Shown here one piece after another: positions 13,299 to 26,838 of a stretch of DNA of 64,000 nt (positions are counted from its first letter, which is position 1; each line of letters begins with the position of its first letter). The DNA lies in the NCBI GenBank assembly GCA_964658305.1, contig OZ210885.1, forward strand, positions 24,800,001 to 24,864,000. The letters are read 5' to 3'. Position numbers and translations under genes: made by a program. The notes beneath the pieces are model-generated. The model was not told the origin of the DNA. It searched no databases and saw only the letters and a list, made by a program, of their open reading frames with translations. The stretch comes from Leptogorgia sarmentosa (lineage: Eukaryota).

Positions 13299-14061
13299 GA
13301 TTCCACAGTCCACACAATTCAAGCCAAAATATTCGATAATATATCTATCAGACTGATCACTTCTCGCACAAGGCTGCTTTGTTTACTGTACAACATGGTC
13401 TCATACTCAGAATTACCGATAATCAGTAAGTCAGCATCTCCCTAGAATTACTGATAATCATACATTCTGAAACTATCCCCAGTAATTTATACAGTAGGCG
13501 CAAGCGCAACCGTATCAAAATGGCGGAAGAACAAGGAGCGTTCGAAAATGTCTCTACAGGTAAAAATATTATGAATAATTCATTAGTTTTTACAGTGTTA
13601 TAAAAGTAATTTGCATAAGATGCATATTGAAAGATTAATAACGAAGGTCTTTTTTATATATCGCCACGAAAGGCAATTTAACATGTAATACTAAATGAGT
13701 GGATGTACTGTCACATTAAATGTGTGTTGTTGTGTATTGATTTTTTTACGCATTACACCGGTTTGGACGGTATGGGGCGCCGTTTGTTTCAATAATACTT
13801 CTTTCAAATATATAATACTTGTTTCAATATATAATACTTCATTTCATATTCATACAACTTTGTGTTGAATATATAAAGGTTGTTATCCGAAAATATAAAC
13901 AATATCTCACTAAATAGAGTTCACAGATCACATAATAGAACTTTGTTTCAAATATACAACTCTGTTCCGAATATAAAACTTAGTTTTAAATATATAAAAC
14001 TTGTTGTGCAATACCTAATTAGTTACATGAGGCACAACATGAAGTACTGACGCTCGTAAAC

Positions 14062-16804
14062 ATGGCCGACGAAGCGTGTCGATCTTCTTCATTTGCATCA
14101 CAAAATAGTCTGGTAAACCAGCTCTGCAGACTTGCCGATACCTTACGCGAACAAAATAATACCACCCAAAGACAGGCAGAAACAAACGACAATAGAGGAG
14201 AAACTGTTGGGGCAGCTATCGCTCGGTTGTTTCCAAGTGCAAATGGCAGATCTAGCTGCTCTAGCACTAGCCGTAACAATGCTGCATTAAGAGGTCAAGC
14301 AACTACTTCAAGCAGTCAAAGTGACACAGATGACAGAGCACCAAGAAGTAGAAATACCATGTCAGTGCCTCCTCGGTTTGACCCTAGGAATACAACAACA
14401 GAAAGTAAACGAAAGAAGCCATATTCTAAAATAAAGTCTGTTGCCAAATCTGCCACAGGCGCAGTAATGAAAGATGTGTTTCTTTTACCAAATCCGAGAA
14501 TGAAAGACGTTCCGCGCGGTCGTACTAGGGAGGAACTGTACGTTCGCGGATTTGTCGCAACCGCCTTCAGTCTTACAAATGAACTGACGGCCTCTGAAAT
14601 ACAAACACAGTTTGCTTCATTGTTTAACAATAAATTAAGAGGAAGACCATTTACCATCGTGAGAGCTGTCGGAAACAAGATCGTGGACATAAATTTGTCT
14701 CAGGAGATCAATGGAAAGATCCTTAAGCATATTTGTGGACAAGGCCCAGTGTATTTACGATGCTCACGCCCCACCGACACCGAATATGCATGGGTGGAAG
14801 AAGAGGAATCAGAAGAAGAAAGTGTGGGTGTTGAAAGTGATGAAAATGATCTTCCAGAAAGTGGAATAGGCAGTGTTAATAACACCGTGTCTCCAATTTT
14901 GACTCATTCATGCAGTTCCAGCATAGTGCATGAGTCAATCACAAGCAGTGAATTAGATGCCATTGAATCACAGTCCCCTTCTACATCTAGCACCAGTTCA
15001 ATAGGCACTGTTGCTTGCCCAACATGTAACCGAAAATATCCTTTGACTGAGATTGCAGAGCATGCTGATCAATGTTGTGAGAATTCAGAGGCATCTCTAT
15101 ATGGTACCTGGGTCCTAGACTCTATAGATTTGACACATGATGATATATCGGATGATAATATTCGTGAGAATGATGTCCCAGTAAACATAACTGCTGTCCC
15201 AATAGACACAACTGCCAGCCCAACTGAACTGATACAAGCAGTTGCACACAATATATCAGATGAAACACAGTTGGTATCTATTAGAAGAAAATTTATATGG
15301 GAGGACTATGTAAACTGCAGGAAAAAACCATGGTTTAAAACAGATGCATGGCTGCGTGTTAATTTCATTGGGGAGGAAGCAGTAGATGGTGGTGGACCCC
15401 GTCGTGAGTTTTTTACAGGTACGTCACTATAGGGAAATAAAAAATGGTAATTGCTATGGGTATAAAATAATTATTACATTAATTCATCAGTAGATATTGT
15501 GCTTTGTTTAGAAATGCTTGATGTGATTGAATCCCGTCTTTTTGTAAGTGAGGCTGAAGATTATTGCAACCTGTCTGGAAAGGTCCCAGATGATAGCACT
15601 GTTGCAATGACCAATGGCCATTTCAAAGTTGCTGGAGAAATAATGGCAACCTCAATAGTCCAAGGTGGTCCTGCACCAGATTTCTTAACAGACTGGGTAT
15701 ACAAGTACCTTTCATCTGGAATAGATGGTATCACTGTTGATGAAAGCAAAATCCAAGATCAGTCAGTCACACAACTTATTAACAAAGTGAGTCTGTTTTT
15801 TCCACTTTGTTAATCCCATTCTTATCAAGTAGAAAAATTATTTGTATGCCATTATGATTACTGTAATTTTGATGATGATATAGCTTTTTTGCTTTTCATT
15901 TGTAGCTGAAAAGTGTAGACACAGACAAAGCATTTCAGGACTTGCTTGTATGTGATGATGTTTTAGATCAGCTTTCAAAAATTGGGTATAGAGGTGTGCC
16001 ACACAGGGAATTACTGAAAAACCGAGATACTATAATAAGGTATGATTATGAAGAGTACGCTTGTGAACAAAATATTTCACTTGGCAATTATAAGTTCATC
16101 CACCATGGTGAATGTTTTTTTAATTAAATATTTACAGTCAAAATGTTTACCCATAGGTCCTTGTTTATGAAGTACTATGTCACATCAAAGTTGCCAATGC
16201 TTGATCAGTTAGTGGAGGGCCTGAAAATGTTTGGTGTACTGGAGCTGATCAAAAAACATGAAAACCAGATGAAATGTGTTTTCACGCCTGTTACTAACAG
16301 CTGCATTACAGTTGGGCAAATCATTGACCTCATGTCACCAAGCTATAGTGATAGCAGACAAATGAAAGACAAAGAAATTAACACCTATAAAGCTATGTGT
16401 GATTTTGTAGAGGAATTATACCATAATGGTGAGTATTGGTCATATTAGCTTTTACTGCAAATTGTATTAAGATGCAGGCACAACGGTTGGATCAACTTGG
16501 ACTAATTGGGCTTGGACTGATTTGTTTCACTGATAATATTTTAGCAATTCTGGGCTGTGATTTGACAGTCGGTGACCTGCTCAAGTTCATTACAGGCGTG
16601 AGGAAAATTCCACCACTGGGTTTGCTAAAGAAGATCACAGTTTATTTCATCCATGAATGTCGTGATGACCGATGCAAATGCCGTCCAAAAGCTTCAACAT
16701 GTGATTTGCACCTTAGATTGCCTGTCCATTATCAAACATCAGAAGGCATGACTTCAGCATGGGTGTCTGCTCTCAAGGAATGCAAAGGGTTTGGCCACAT
16801 TTAA
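14062..16804 (+). CDS. HECT E3 ligase of element 2, 5 exons (14062-15418, 15512-15786, 15906-16039, 16157-16428, 16545-16804), apparently intact
   Basis: Phase-compatible GT-AG introns. UBZ4-like VACPTCNRKYPLTEIAEHADQC. HECT FIGEEAVDGGGPRREFF, LLKFITG...PPLG, RPKASTCDLHLRLP...GFG. Confidence 0.88.
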
Positions 16805-17315
16805 ATATTTAGAACTCATAGAAGAGGACACATATAAAACATTTAAATTTACATTTATTTGCATGTTGCGTTACATTGTTTTTGTTTTGTTAGTCACTTA
16901 ATCATTGACTTGGTTTTCGCAGTGATACACATGATTTGTTATCTTAAAATGGCATTGAAGATAGCAATATCATTTCTCACAGACTTTCACAATCACTCTA
17001 TATGCAGGCAATTAATACAGGTGCTGCCTGGCAATTAATTGACTAATTGTAAATATGGTCACTGTGCTAAATATTTGTACATGTAGCATTAATGCAGAAC
17101 TGTTATCTACAGTGAAAAACACGACTGTTCATGTATTATATGTACATATGTTCACAATTAATTTATTTAAAAAATTGTGGAAACACCCTGTTAGTTTAAT
17201 TGATTTCATAACAACTCTGAGCTCTCAGCCCATCAGATTTTCAGGCCATTAATTAAACTAACAAGGTGTTTCTACAAATTGTTATAATTAATTTTATTAT
17301 CACCATGTAAACATC

Positions 17316-19036
17316 CTAAAATACTATCCCAAAATTTTGGTCATCTTCAAGGGGATTAATGGTGAGTAGCAATACAGCCTCCTGTTCATCAGTGAGTTGT
17401 ATTGATGATCGAGGCACTGTAACATGATTGTTTGTCTGCAGTTCAGTGAGTGGCCCATAATCATCAACTCCATAGTTAACAGAATCGACAGCTGCACTTT
17501 CTAATGCTAAACGCACAGCACGTTGGCTTGAATTAGCTTGGCTGTAAAAACCTTCAATCCATATTTGGTAAGGTGTCTTGTTCTGCTCTGAGCTGAGTGG
17601 GTGGTTATTCCACTGTAAAACAAATTCTTCAATGGATCGTCGGATTCGTGGCAAGTATACAAAGTGTAGTGCATACATATGGACTTCATTCAAAGGATCT
17701 AAGATTCCCTGTGATTCCATAAAATAGAATAGTCGATGATATATACCAACAAAGGATTGACGTGCATCACGCCAGAGGCGTTCAATTCTTTGGTTATGTA
17801 CGGACAAACCTGTTAGTACAGGATTGGATATTGTTCCATGATGACCGAGCAACCACTTTGCAACTTCTATGTTTTCAGTTCCATGATCACATCTAAGGCG
17901 ATGTGGCACATGAAACTGATTTATAGCATTAGCAAATAAACCCATGACTGTGTTTGCTTCATTGTTTGTGTGGCAACCAAGATATACAATTGTACGTGAA
18001 AAACCATCAATTCCACCGTGAATTACTATGCGCCAGCGTATGAGTTTGTGATTCCATCAATATGCCTATTTTTGAAAACAAAACAATGTTGGGAAACAAT
18101 GAAGTATATAATTGAGATATTTCAACAAGGACATTGTTCAACAATGGTAATTTAATCCAGAAAACACAGGTAGGGGTGTCAGGATTAACATTCCTAATTT
18201 TCAAAAAAATGTGTCAGCACTGTGTCCAAGGGGTAAATTTTTAAAAGATCTTTTGAGGATGTGGAATGAAATGGTCCAATTGATACATACCACAAACTGT
18301 TTGGGCCAGGGACTCTATAAACTCGTCTCTTTATTCTAAGCCGCCTTCTACATTCAGTTCCAGCAGGATCAACTCGCAACATTGACTCTCTTATTCGCCT
18401 CCGTTGGATCCGCAAACCCCGACCAAGGAGCGCACCTCTCATCATAACTTGGCCACAATTGGGCGATTGCTCAACTATCCCCTGGACCACACCGTCCAGT
18501 TCTGAATCAGATATATCATTGTAACCATGCTCATATCCAATCTCAAGCTCTTCCCGGCGCCTGTACAAAGTAGCTCTGGAAATACCTATCAGTTGGGCTA
18601 TTTTGGTCCAAGAGAAACCAATCTTTCTCAGACCTTCAATTTGCTCCTTGGGTACATGGAACTTTGGTCTTCCTCTCTGTCTATCCTCATTAGTTTCCCT
18701 ATCCTCATTAGTTTCCCTTTGGCACTGAAAGTGTATTTCCGTTTCTCGCTCCTGAATTGTTTGAAATACTTCGGCATATCGGTTTTTAACTTCTTCATAG
18801 CCAGCAAGAAGTTCTTGTAGCTTTTGCACTATTTCTTGGGAAATATTATCTTCTCGAGAATTAAACATAGAAAGGAAAATGATAATCCAGGTACATATTC
18901 CCTCAGAAGAAGTCAGCATATTATCGGCTTCATTTAACTCTTGTGTTAGAAAATTCGATTTAAGTTGTTGATAAAGCGGGGGTAATTGCAAAAGGAATTG
19001 AATAAATTCGTCTAACACAACCTGTTCGTCTGCCAT
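17316..19036 (-). pseudogene. IS3-like transposase of element 2, 2 exons (19036-18291, 18065-17316), 1-bp deletion after the first catalytic Asp
   Basis: GRPKFHVP, HTH WTKIAQLIGISRATLYRR, W|HIDG(N)HKLIRW with GGAAT where GGAAAT is needed, LRCDHGTEN, NQRIERLWRD. Confidence 0.85.
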
Positions 19037-19468
19037 GATGTTTTTCTTTTTTCCTGCGCGCCACTGAGCTAACGTGTACTTCATGTTGTGCCTCATGTAA
19101 CTAATTAGGTATTGCGCAACAAGTTTTATATATTTAAAACCAAGTTTTATATTCGGAACAGAGTTTTATATTTGAAACAAAGTTCTATTATGCGATCTGT
19201 GATCTCTGTTTAGTGAGATATTGTTTATATTTTCGGATAAGTTTTATAAATTTTCCAACAACCTTTATATATTCAACACAAAGTTGTATAAATATGAAAT
19301 GAAGTATTATATATTGAAACAAGTATTATATATTTGAAAGAAGTATTATTGAAACAAACGGCGCCCCATACACGTGTGACTCGCTGTTTACGAGACGAGA
19401 AGACAAAAGGTATGAATTATTCATGGTTTATTATCAGCAAGGTCGAAAGAACATTAATATAACATGTA

Positions 19469-19625
19469 CAGGTGTCCCAGAAAAAAGTCACCTCTATAGA
19501 AATCAGCTCTTTTGTTGTCAAACGTGCGTTGTTATGCCTTTGAGAATATAATTGATGATTCACGATAACACGAGGTTAACAACAAAACAGGATTTCTATA
19601 GAGGTCACTTTTGGGGGACACCCTG
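19469..19625. mobile_element. Small Tc1/mariner-type MITE
   Basis: TA|CAGGTGTCCC...AAAAGTCACCTCTATAGAAATC versus GATTTCTATAGAGGTCACTTTT...GACACCCTG|TA. Confidence 0.7.
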
Positions 19626-20114
19626 TATAGGAAACTCACTCGGTGGAGTCGAAGGGGGGTTCCTATTCCCATTTCCAGCCCAAATTTTGACTAAATCCCA
19701 TCGTCCCAGGGCACAAATCTCATCATCTCAGTAGTTGCCTTGCTCAAATCGTAATCCCATTCCAATTTTCTATTGTTTTTTGGCCAATGATTCACAGTCC
19801 AGGTGTATGAAATCCCATTTTCCCAGCCAAAAATAAGCAAATCCCAGATCCCATTTTACCCCTTCAGGACCATCATAATTGTAACGGAGGGTCTATCATT
19901 GGAGCTAGCTGGCAGCTCTTCAAGTCATCAACACTCAACATGACAAGTTTTTAATGGTGTTGTATAATTTAAACAGGGTGCACTGAAAAACTCCGATGAT
20001 CTTACATTGTGTTTAAGTACTCCCTTAGTAAATAGTGTAATGACAGACAATTTTATAAAAAATCTCTGATCAATGCCTAACTTATCTAACTATGTTGTGT
20101 AGACTGTAGTCAAG

Positions 20115-23100
20115 ATGAGTCAGGACCCAAAAGATTTGCTCAGAGCTTGCGCACAGAGTTTAATGAATGCAGTGAGCAATCTTGAAAACAGGACATCTCC
20201 ACAAGCGTCCAGACAAGAAGCTAGTAGGGAAGTAGCCATTTCAAATTCAGTGACAGAGTCAAACAGTTCACAACAACAACTGCAGGCAAATCGGTCAACA
20301 AATGCACCAAGTCCCATAGAAGAACATCGAAATCTATTTGGTTATCGACCACCTTCTGTGACCAGGAACAGCAATAGACAACCTGCTTCAAAACGTAGAA
20401 TGGTTACAACATCAACTGGAGAACGTGTATCCATTCCAGTCCGTAATACATGGTCAAGAACTTTCGTTTGCTTACCAAATAAGAATGCCACAACTGTTCC
20501 ATCTGCCTCACAAAAGATAAACATGGCTCTTGCAGGATTGGATGAAAGAACAATTTGCTTCACAAAAGGAGGAAACAGTGAACATGTTCATAAGAAGATC
20601 TTGGAAGCATTTCCTATGCTTAGTGATGTGGGTGGTTACCACATTTTGCGAACTGGGGAACGTGGTAATCGGCAGTTGTTAGCCCTCACTATTCCTCCAG
20701 GTGGATATACAGTGTCTTTTCTGAAATCTACCATAGCATCAGCAAAGGGTTACATACGACCTTATCAGAAAGACATTGTTATAGACAACAATGCAGTCTT
20801 GAGCCAAGGTCAAACTCAGGTTTGCAATTTCTTAATTGTTCATTTTCAGTTACCATACTTGCAAACCTTTTTTTGTATGATATACATCTCAGTATGCTCT
20901 ATTACATGGTAAATTTTGTGAGCCCCTATATTTACAATTCCTCACTTGATACATGTCTTGGCTTTAGATTCCGTCTAGTCCAAAAGTGGCATGTGTAAAT
21001 TGCCATGCATCAGTTGCAATGGACATGTTACAATCACACGATGAAGTTTGTCGAGGAGGGAGTTCAACCTCAGGACAACGCACCACTGATGAAAACAGGT
21101 AATATAATGTTTGTAAAAAAAGATTCAACATGTTTTTTGTATCTACTTTGCAAATGAAATATCACTGTTGTGTTAAATATGTTGCTTGCAGCCACTCAGT
21201 GACCACTGTAGATACTGGCACTGAATTGGCCAATCAGCAATTAGCATAGAACATTTCGAAGATGTTCAAGGTGGAACCAGATCAATAATTTTGCAACTAT
21301 TTTTGGTTACAAACTTACTAGTGCCATTCTTGTATCTTTGAAGGGCTATATTACATCATTTCATGTTACCATGACCATGAACTCATAGATAGGGAGTAAA
21401 ACCCTTACAAAACCACCACCAGCAATGTGGTATGGAAGGGAATGCACAGAGACAGAAACAGTGCTAATAACGGTTCTTCTGTAGTGACGTTGATCTTGTG
21501 GAAGCAACGGAAGAGAATTTTGAAGAAACAGGTAACACAGTTTTTTTTTGTAATGGTTTGAAATGTTTTTGTGTGCTAGCACACATGCGCAGCTAGAAGC
21601 CAAATGTGGATGTTTGGATGTCCACTGCCAGGCGCGCTGGGTGTTCATGAAAACCCGATCGTAGGTTACTAACGGAAATATATAATATATCTATCACTGA
21701 TCAGTAATTTTCATCAGGCTAATATATTATCGGTAATATCAAAATTCAATCGGAACATGTGTTCTAAATCTAGCAGCGTTTATCAGTCGATTCGATCGAC
21801 CTTTGAAATGATCATGCAAGCATTTCAGCGTTGTTTCAGAATATTTATATATTACAAAAACGTTGCATTCTTGAATCCTTGTTGCATGATTGCAAAATGC
21901 ACAAAAAAATGAAATTTTACAATGGTTATGTTCTGTGGTAGCTCAAAATAAACTTCGTGGTGTCAACCAACATGGCACCCAAGTAGGTTATGATGTAACG
22001 TGCAAACAATGAATGCTCGTGCCGGCACAGGCTAGCCACATGTACGCGCTATGCGTACCTATTTTCACCAGAATGGCTATACCCCAGTATGTTATTCCTT
22101 AACTATAGGTTTCGGTCAACTGAAGAACATTTTTCCAAACATGGATTCCAACGCAATAAGGCAAGCACTTGCAAGTGCTAATGGATCCATCGATTTGGCG
22201 ACTGAAACTCTGCTAGATAATGACGGTAAATTTATATGGCATTGTTTTCCCTTCATAACTATTCTTAGGGAACGCAAACTGTGTTGCAGCGTGTTATATT
22301 TTTTCTTTTGTTCTATGGTTTAATCCATTAATTAATGTCGTTGGTATTTTTGCATTCTTACACAGTGCTGAATGATGAGATTGAAATTTTATCGACGGTC
22401 GGAATTGGTGCTGCTTGCAAAAGTATCACAGTGCTAAAGGGCGACAAATTGGACGTAGATGCGTTCAGACAACAAGCTGTTGATGAAACATTGCAGAGGC
22501 AACGTTTTTTTGTATCAAGAGAGGATGGTATCGAGGAGCTGAAGAAGGATATTCTGAGCCATTACAAAGATAGCCAGTGCAAGTTGAAAGCTAAACCTCG
22601 TGTAAGATTTGAGGGTGAAGAAGGTGTGGGGAGTGGCCCCGTTCGGGAGTTCCTGTTGTGTGCCATGCTAATTCCCCAGGACGGCATTGGTGGAACCAGA
22701 AGACCAGTTATATTTTTTGAAGGTGAAGAAGACCATCTTGTTCCAATTCATGACCAAACATTGAGGTGTACTGGTTCATTCAAGGCAATCGGGCGTATCA
22801 TTGGTCATTCTTTTATTCATGGTGGTCCGGTGTTGTATGGCCTCTCCCCAGCGGTGAAGCGTTACTGGGCGTTAACAGCTGAAGCAGGTGACCGAGATCC
22901 AAATTGTGAAAGTCTAACTGGCAGTATTAGTATCTCCGATTTGCCCGATGTCGATCTAAGACAACGTATTTCACAGGTACAGTAATGTATGATTTATCAG
23001 ATTTAATAAAGAAACATGCATTGAAGTTTTTACTCTTGTACAAACATTTTTTTAATTATATTCTACGTAGATAGGTATTTCATGCTATTTTGATGAATTG

Positions 23101-24181
23101 TTTCAACTGCATGAAAAGAACAAAAGTATTTTGCCTCTTTTTCCCCGAACAAAGTACTCAGCAAAAAGTGGCGCGGTTTGTTACTGTAATATTTTCACTT
23201 AATGTGTTAACCCTGAGTATATACCATTCCAGCTTGAAAGTCTCGAACCTCATGTAGAGTTGCCATCGGAACTTAACGATGCGATCACACCGTACCTTTT
23301 CGAGTCTGGACTTGACATCAGTCGTTTGAACTCCGACAGGCGGCTGGCCATTCAAGGTCTTCTAATATATCAAGTAATCGACAAGAGAAAGCGAGAACTA
23401 GATGAAATAGCTAAGGGTGAGTAATTATAACTGTTTGGTAATTCAGCTATAGTTGAGTTACTTGAGTAGTTCTCAGAATTCTCAATTTATTTACCATTTT
23501 GCAAGGCATGAATGAAGTGGGATTACATGATTTTATTGGAAAATGTACACCTGAAGTTTTGGATTCCATATTTCCCACGTCTGCGAAAAGGCGAGTCACT
23601 TTTGAGCAAGTGGAAAACGCCATGATTTTCGTGGAGACGGAAGGGCACGAGCAAACTATCAGCTACTGGTATAATTATTTGCACAAGCTAGCCAAATATG
23701 ATACAGGTAATGTGATATTGTGGCAAACATCTAAAACATTAAAAAGCACAAACTGTAACAATTTTGTTTAATCGGTAACAAGCTTGAACATTATCTTATA
23801 TCATGGTATGCTGCCCCAGCCACATTTTACATATTTGCCTCTTCCAGCTGGACGTATTTCCCCTTTTCTGTTGTATTCTATAATCATAACCATTTAATTA
23901 TAACCATTGGAAAAATGGAAACAAATCTAAATTTCTTGCTTATATTTCTAGGCAAACCTTCTCTTACCGACCTGTCTTGTTTCTGGACAGCCAGTAATCA
24001 GCTTCCATCGCGGGGTGGAACGATACAGGTGAAGTTCAACGATGGCGACAGCAAGTTGCCTCTAGCGGAAACATGTTTTTCGATTATCACGCTCCCCACA
24101 GTCCATAAATCATTTGAAGACTTTTGTAAATCCATGGACACTGCGCTTCTTTATGGTTCTATGGGGATTGATATTCCGTGA
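20115..24181 (+). CDS. HECT E3 ligase of element 3, multi-exon (20115-20819, 20969-21098, possible small exon ~21192-21270, 22110-22225, 22365-22976, 23233-23416, 23506-23706, 23952-24181)
   Basis: Ubl-like WSRTFVCLP...GYIRP. Zn finger VACVNCHASVAMDMLQSHDEVC. CUE LKNIFPNMDSNAIRQALASANGSIDLATETLL. HECT FEGEEGVGSGPVREF...LPLAETCFSIITLP. Confidence 0.82.
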
Positions 24182-24335
24182 TGCAGTAGTGTTAGATAAG
24201 AGATACTAAATTTAATTAATGTTTTGTTAGTGTTCTTCCACAAACTGATTCGTAAGCACCATGCAGGAAAACGTTGCAACTAATGTATTTTACAATTTAT
24301 GGGCACGGGTTGTAAGTGTTTTATTTATTGGAACA

Positions 24336-26202
24336 CTAAACTGTGTGAGTGTTGACATATTCCATTGTCTCCAAATATATGTCGATACCGTAGGAATCGC
24401 TGTTCCTCAGTGGGTCGACAGTGCGAGCAAGTTCATCAACATGTTCTCTGGGCAATGGACAAGCTATTTCTGGCACGTTCACGGCATCAACATCAAAATC
24501 CTCGGCTGGAACAGGGCTTTCCCAATCTATTCCATATTGCTCAAAGTCGTCCTGTAAAATATGAGATATTACTTTTAGTTTGAGAGTCTAGTAGATTGTT
24601 TGTCGGGCGATGGAATTGTGGATTAAGAAATGCATGAAATCTCATTTCATTTCTGTGATGGCTCGGTATGATCTGATAATGCATAGTATTACTCCCTATA
24701 TGTTACATTCCAACACCCCAAATGATAAACATGTGAGGTCAGAATGCAAATAATGTTTTATCAAGGTTCTAATTTCATTTATATGCATTGTGCATTTTCT
24801 CACCGGTGTGGCAGGCTCGTAAGCGTCACGTATTGCGGTATGCTGAGAGTTTCTTAACTGAAGAAGACCCTGAATATAAAGCTGCATTGGACTTCTATTC
24901 CCAGCAGTTCTGATTTTATGCTGAATGTAGCCTTGCCTCCAGCTTTCTATATGTCGGTTAATTCTCGGAATGTATACATAATGCAACGCGAAAAGGTGGG
25001 ACGGATTTGATGAATCCAGTATACCATTATCCTCCAAATGGTAGAATAAATTGTAGTAAATGTAGGTAACACCTTCGAACAGATCTCGCCATAACCTCTC
25101 AATCTGTTGATTATGGACACTTCTGCCTGTAATCATACTTCCCCGGCCTGGGCCTCGCAATGGGTGCTGCAGCATGTAGAGCGAAACTGCGGTATTTTCC
25201 CCTCCCTTATCCGAGCGGACACGAGATGGCAATCCATACGCGTTTACTGCATCCAGGAAACAGTTCAAAACGATTTCAGCACAGTTTCTTCCATTGCATT
25301 TCAAAAAGACTGGGATTCTGGTGTATCCGTCAATTCCGCCATGTATTACAAGTCTCCATCTAAAAAATAAACAATTACAAACTTTCATGTCACTCACAGG
25401 AAATGATCAGATGGTAAATAGCCTTTTATATACCTTTAACATTGCAGACGTGACCTCACATACAAATCAATATTTTGGTTCTGTTTATTTTGTACAGCTG
25501 CATGATGTTGATTTCCTACCTTATTAGTTTGTGGTTGCCATCTATGTGCCATAACGCCAGGGGACCTGAGACACGATATTGCCTCCTTGGCGTTAATCTC
25601 AACCACCTTACAGCAACCCCTTGTGGATCAATCCTCTGCAGTGTTTGTCGTACTCGCATTTGAGATGGCCTCAGCCCAGCGACAGCAAGTTGGGAAATTA
25701 CCCTGCGATATCCAGCATTGGGAAATTCTTGTAAAATTTCCCTTACTTTATTATCAAGCTCTTCGTCTGACAAAGGGGGTGAGTATTGGCTTTGTGACAG
25801 CCCGTAAGTACGCATTCTGCGAGATATTGTACTTTGAGATACACCCAATGCTTTTGCAATGTCAGGAACTGAAAACTGATAGCTGAGGAAGTAATTTAGC
25901 TGTTCACGACTAATATCAAAACAGGGGCGTCCTCGCTGACCAGACTGAAAAATGTCTACTGTGTATGAGTTTTCAGTTTGAAGCTCTTCTACTTGCTGCA
26001 AATAGTGCATTGCCAGTGTGACATCATGCTGAATTGCATCATCAACAAGGCTAATGTCGCATAAGCGTATAATATGAGAAGCTAATTGTTCAAGCCTAAA
26101 AATAATGGCATCAAGCTGATCATTGTCTGGGTTCTCCAGCTGCCTCAAAATGTCTAACAAGGCCCCCCGTAACTGCACGCTCAAAGATTGTACTTCACTC
26201 AT
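24336..26202 (-). CDS. IS3-like transposase of element 3, 3 exons (26202-25520, 25359-24804, 24551-24336), apparently intact
   Basis: [46 protein letters not shown]-terminal YGIDW...[14 protein letters not shown]. Splice phases are consistent. Confidence 0.9.
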
Positions 26203-26417
26203 TGAAACATCATATCCAAATATCCAAAAATATAAAAAATTGTCACAGCTGAAAGAGAATAATTTATTCTGCATTTAGAATAGCAGATGTTTTCAGGTAC
26301 TGTATGCTGTTCTATGGGGGGGGGGGTGTCCCCTATTCCGCTATGTGCATTTTTTGTCCTAAAGTCGGCATGTCAAGTACACATGGTTCAGTAGATTTTG
26401 TCCACAAATAGGTCAAG

Positions 26418-26571
26418 CAGAGGCCGCGGAAGATCGATAATTGGGGGGGCACATATTCATATATTCGTGTTGTGCATTACTGATTTCCTTTGAAATCAAT
26501 TGTTTTCAAGGTCTTTGAACACGAATATATGAATATGTGCCCCCCCAATTATCGATCTTCCGCGGCCCCTG
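26418..26571. mobile_element. hAT-type palindromic MITE
   Basis: Arms of ~55 bp, CAGAGGCCGCGGAAGATCG...CGATCTTCCGCGGCCCCTG. 8-bp TSD aGGTCAAG / tGGTCAAG (7/8 match). Confidence 0.75.
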
Positions 26572-26838
26572 TGGTCAAGCACTATAAAGAATCAATTTTA
26601 CAAATAATAAACTATTGAGCAGAACATTCCCACGCCACACCCCCAAACGAGGGAGATAGGTAACGATAGAAACGGGAGAACGAAGGGAGTGGGAGTCGAG
26701 AGCGTGATTGTGTAAAACTTTAAGAGATAAACGATTAAATATTTGAAATTTACGAATTGGTAGTGTGCAATACAACTCGCCAGCACACTTTGGTGCCGTG
26801 ACCAGGATTTATCTGGAGATTTAAGCAATACTTTCGAT

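Larger units (their letters stand above)
6027..13715 (+). mobile_element. Kolobok-like DNA transposon (THAP transposase + convergent P2X7-ballast-like gene); boundaries tentative
   Basis: Gene pair typical of Kolobok. TTAA at 6023-6026 and 13716-13719, but the two termini match poorly. Confidence 0.6.
13771..19370. mobile_element. IS3EU-like DNA transposon 2 (HECT ligase + transposase)
   Basis: TIRs 13771-14048 and 19076-19370 (TATGGGGCGCCG...CGGCGCCCCATA) with internal AT-rich short repeats. No TSD match; the right end abuts element 3. Confidence 0.88.

Noticed and set aside
14062..16804. Host G2E3 orthologue
   Set aside because: No N-terminal PHD/RING cluster; enclosed in TIRs with a transposase; three divergent copies in the same arrangement.
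21357..22016. Possible decayed MITE in a HECT-3 intron (CATTCAT...ATGAATG)
   Set aside because: Terminal match too short and no TSD established.
26791..26808. tRNA gene
   Set aside because: Only an 18-nt primer-binding site; no cloverleaf. No tRNA or rRNA genes were seen in the window.
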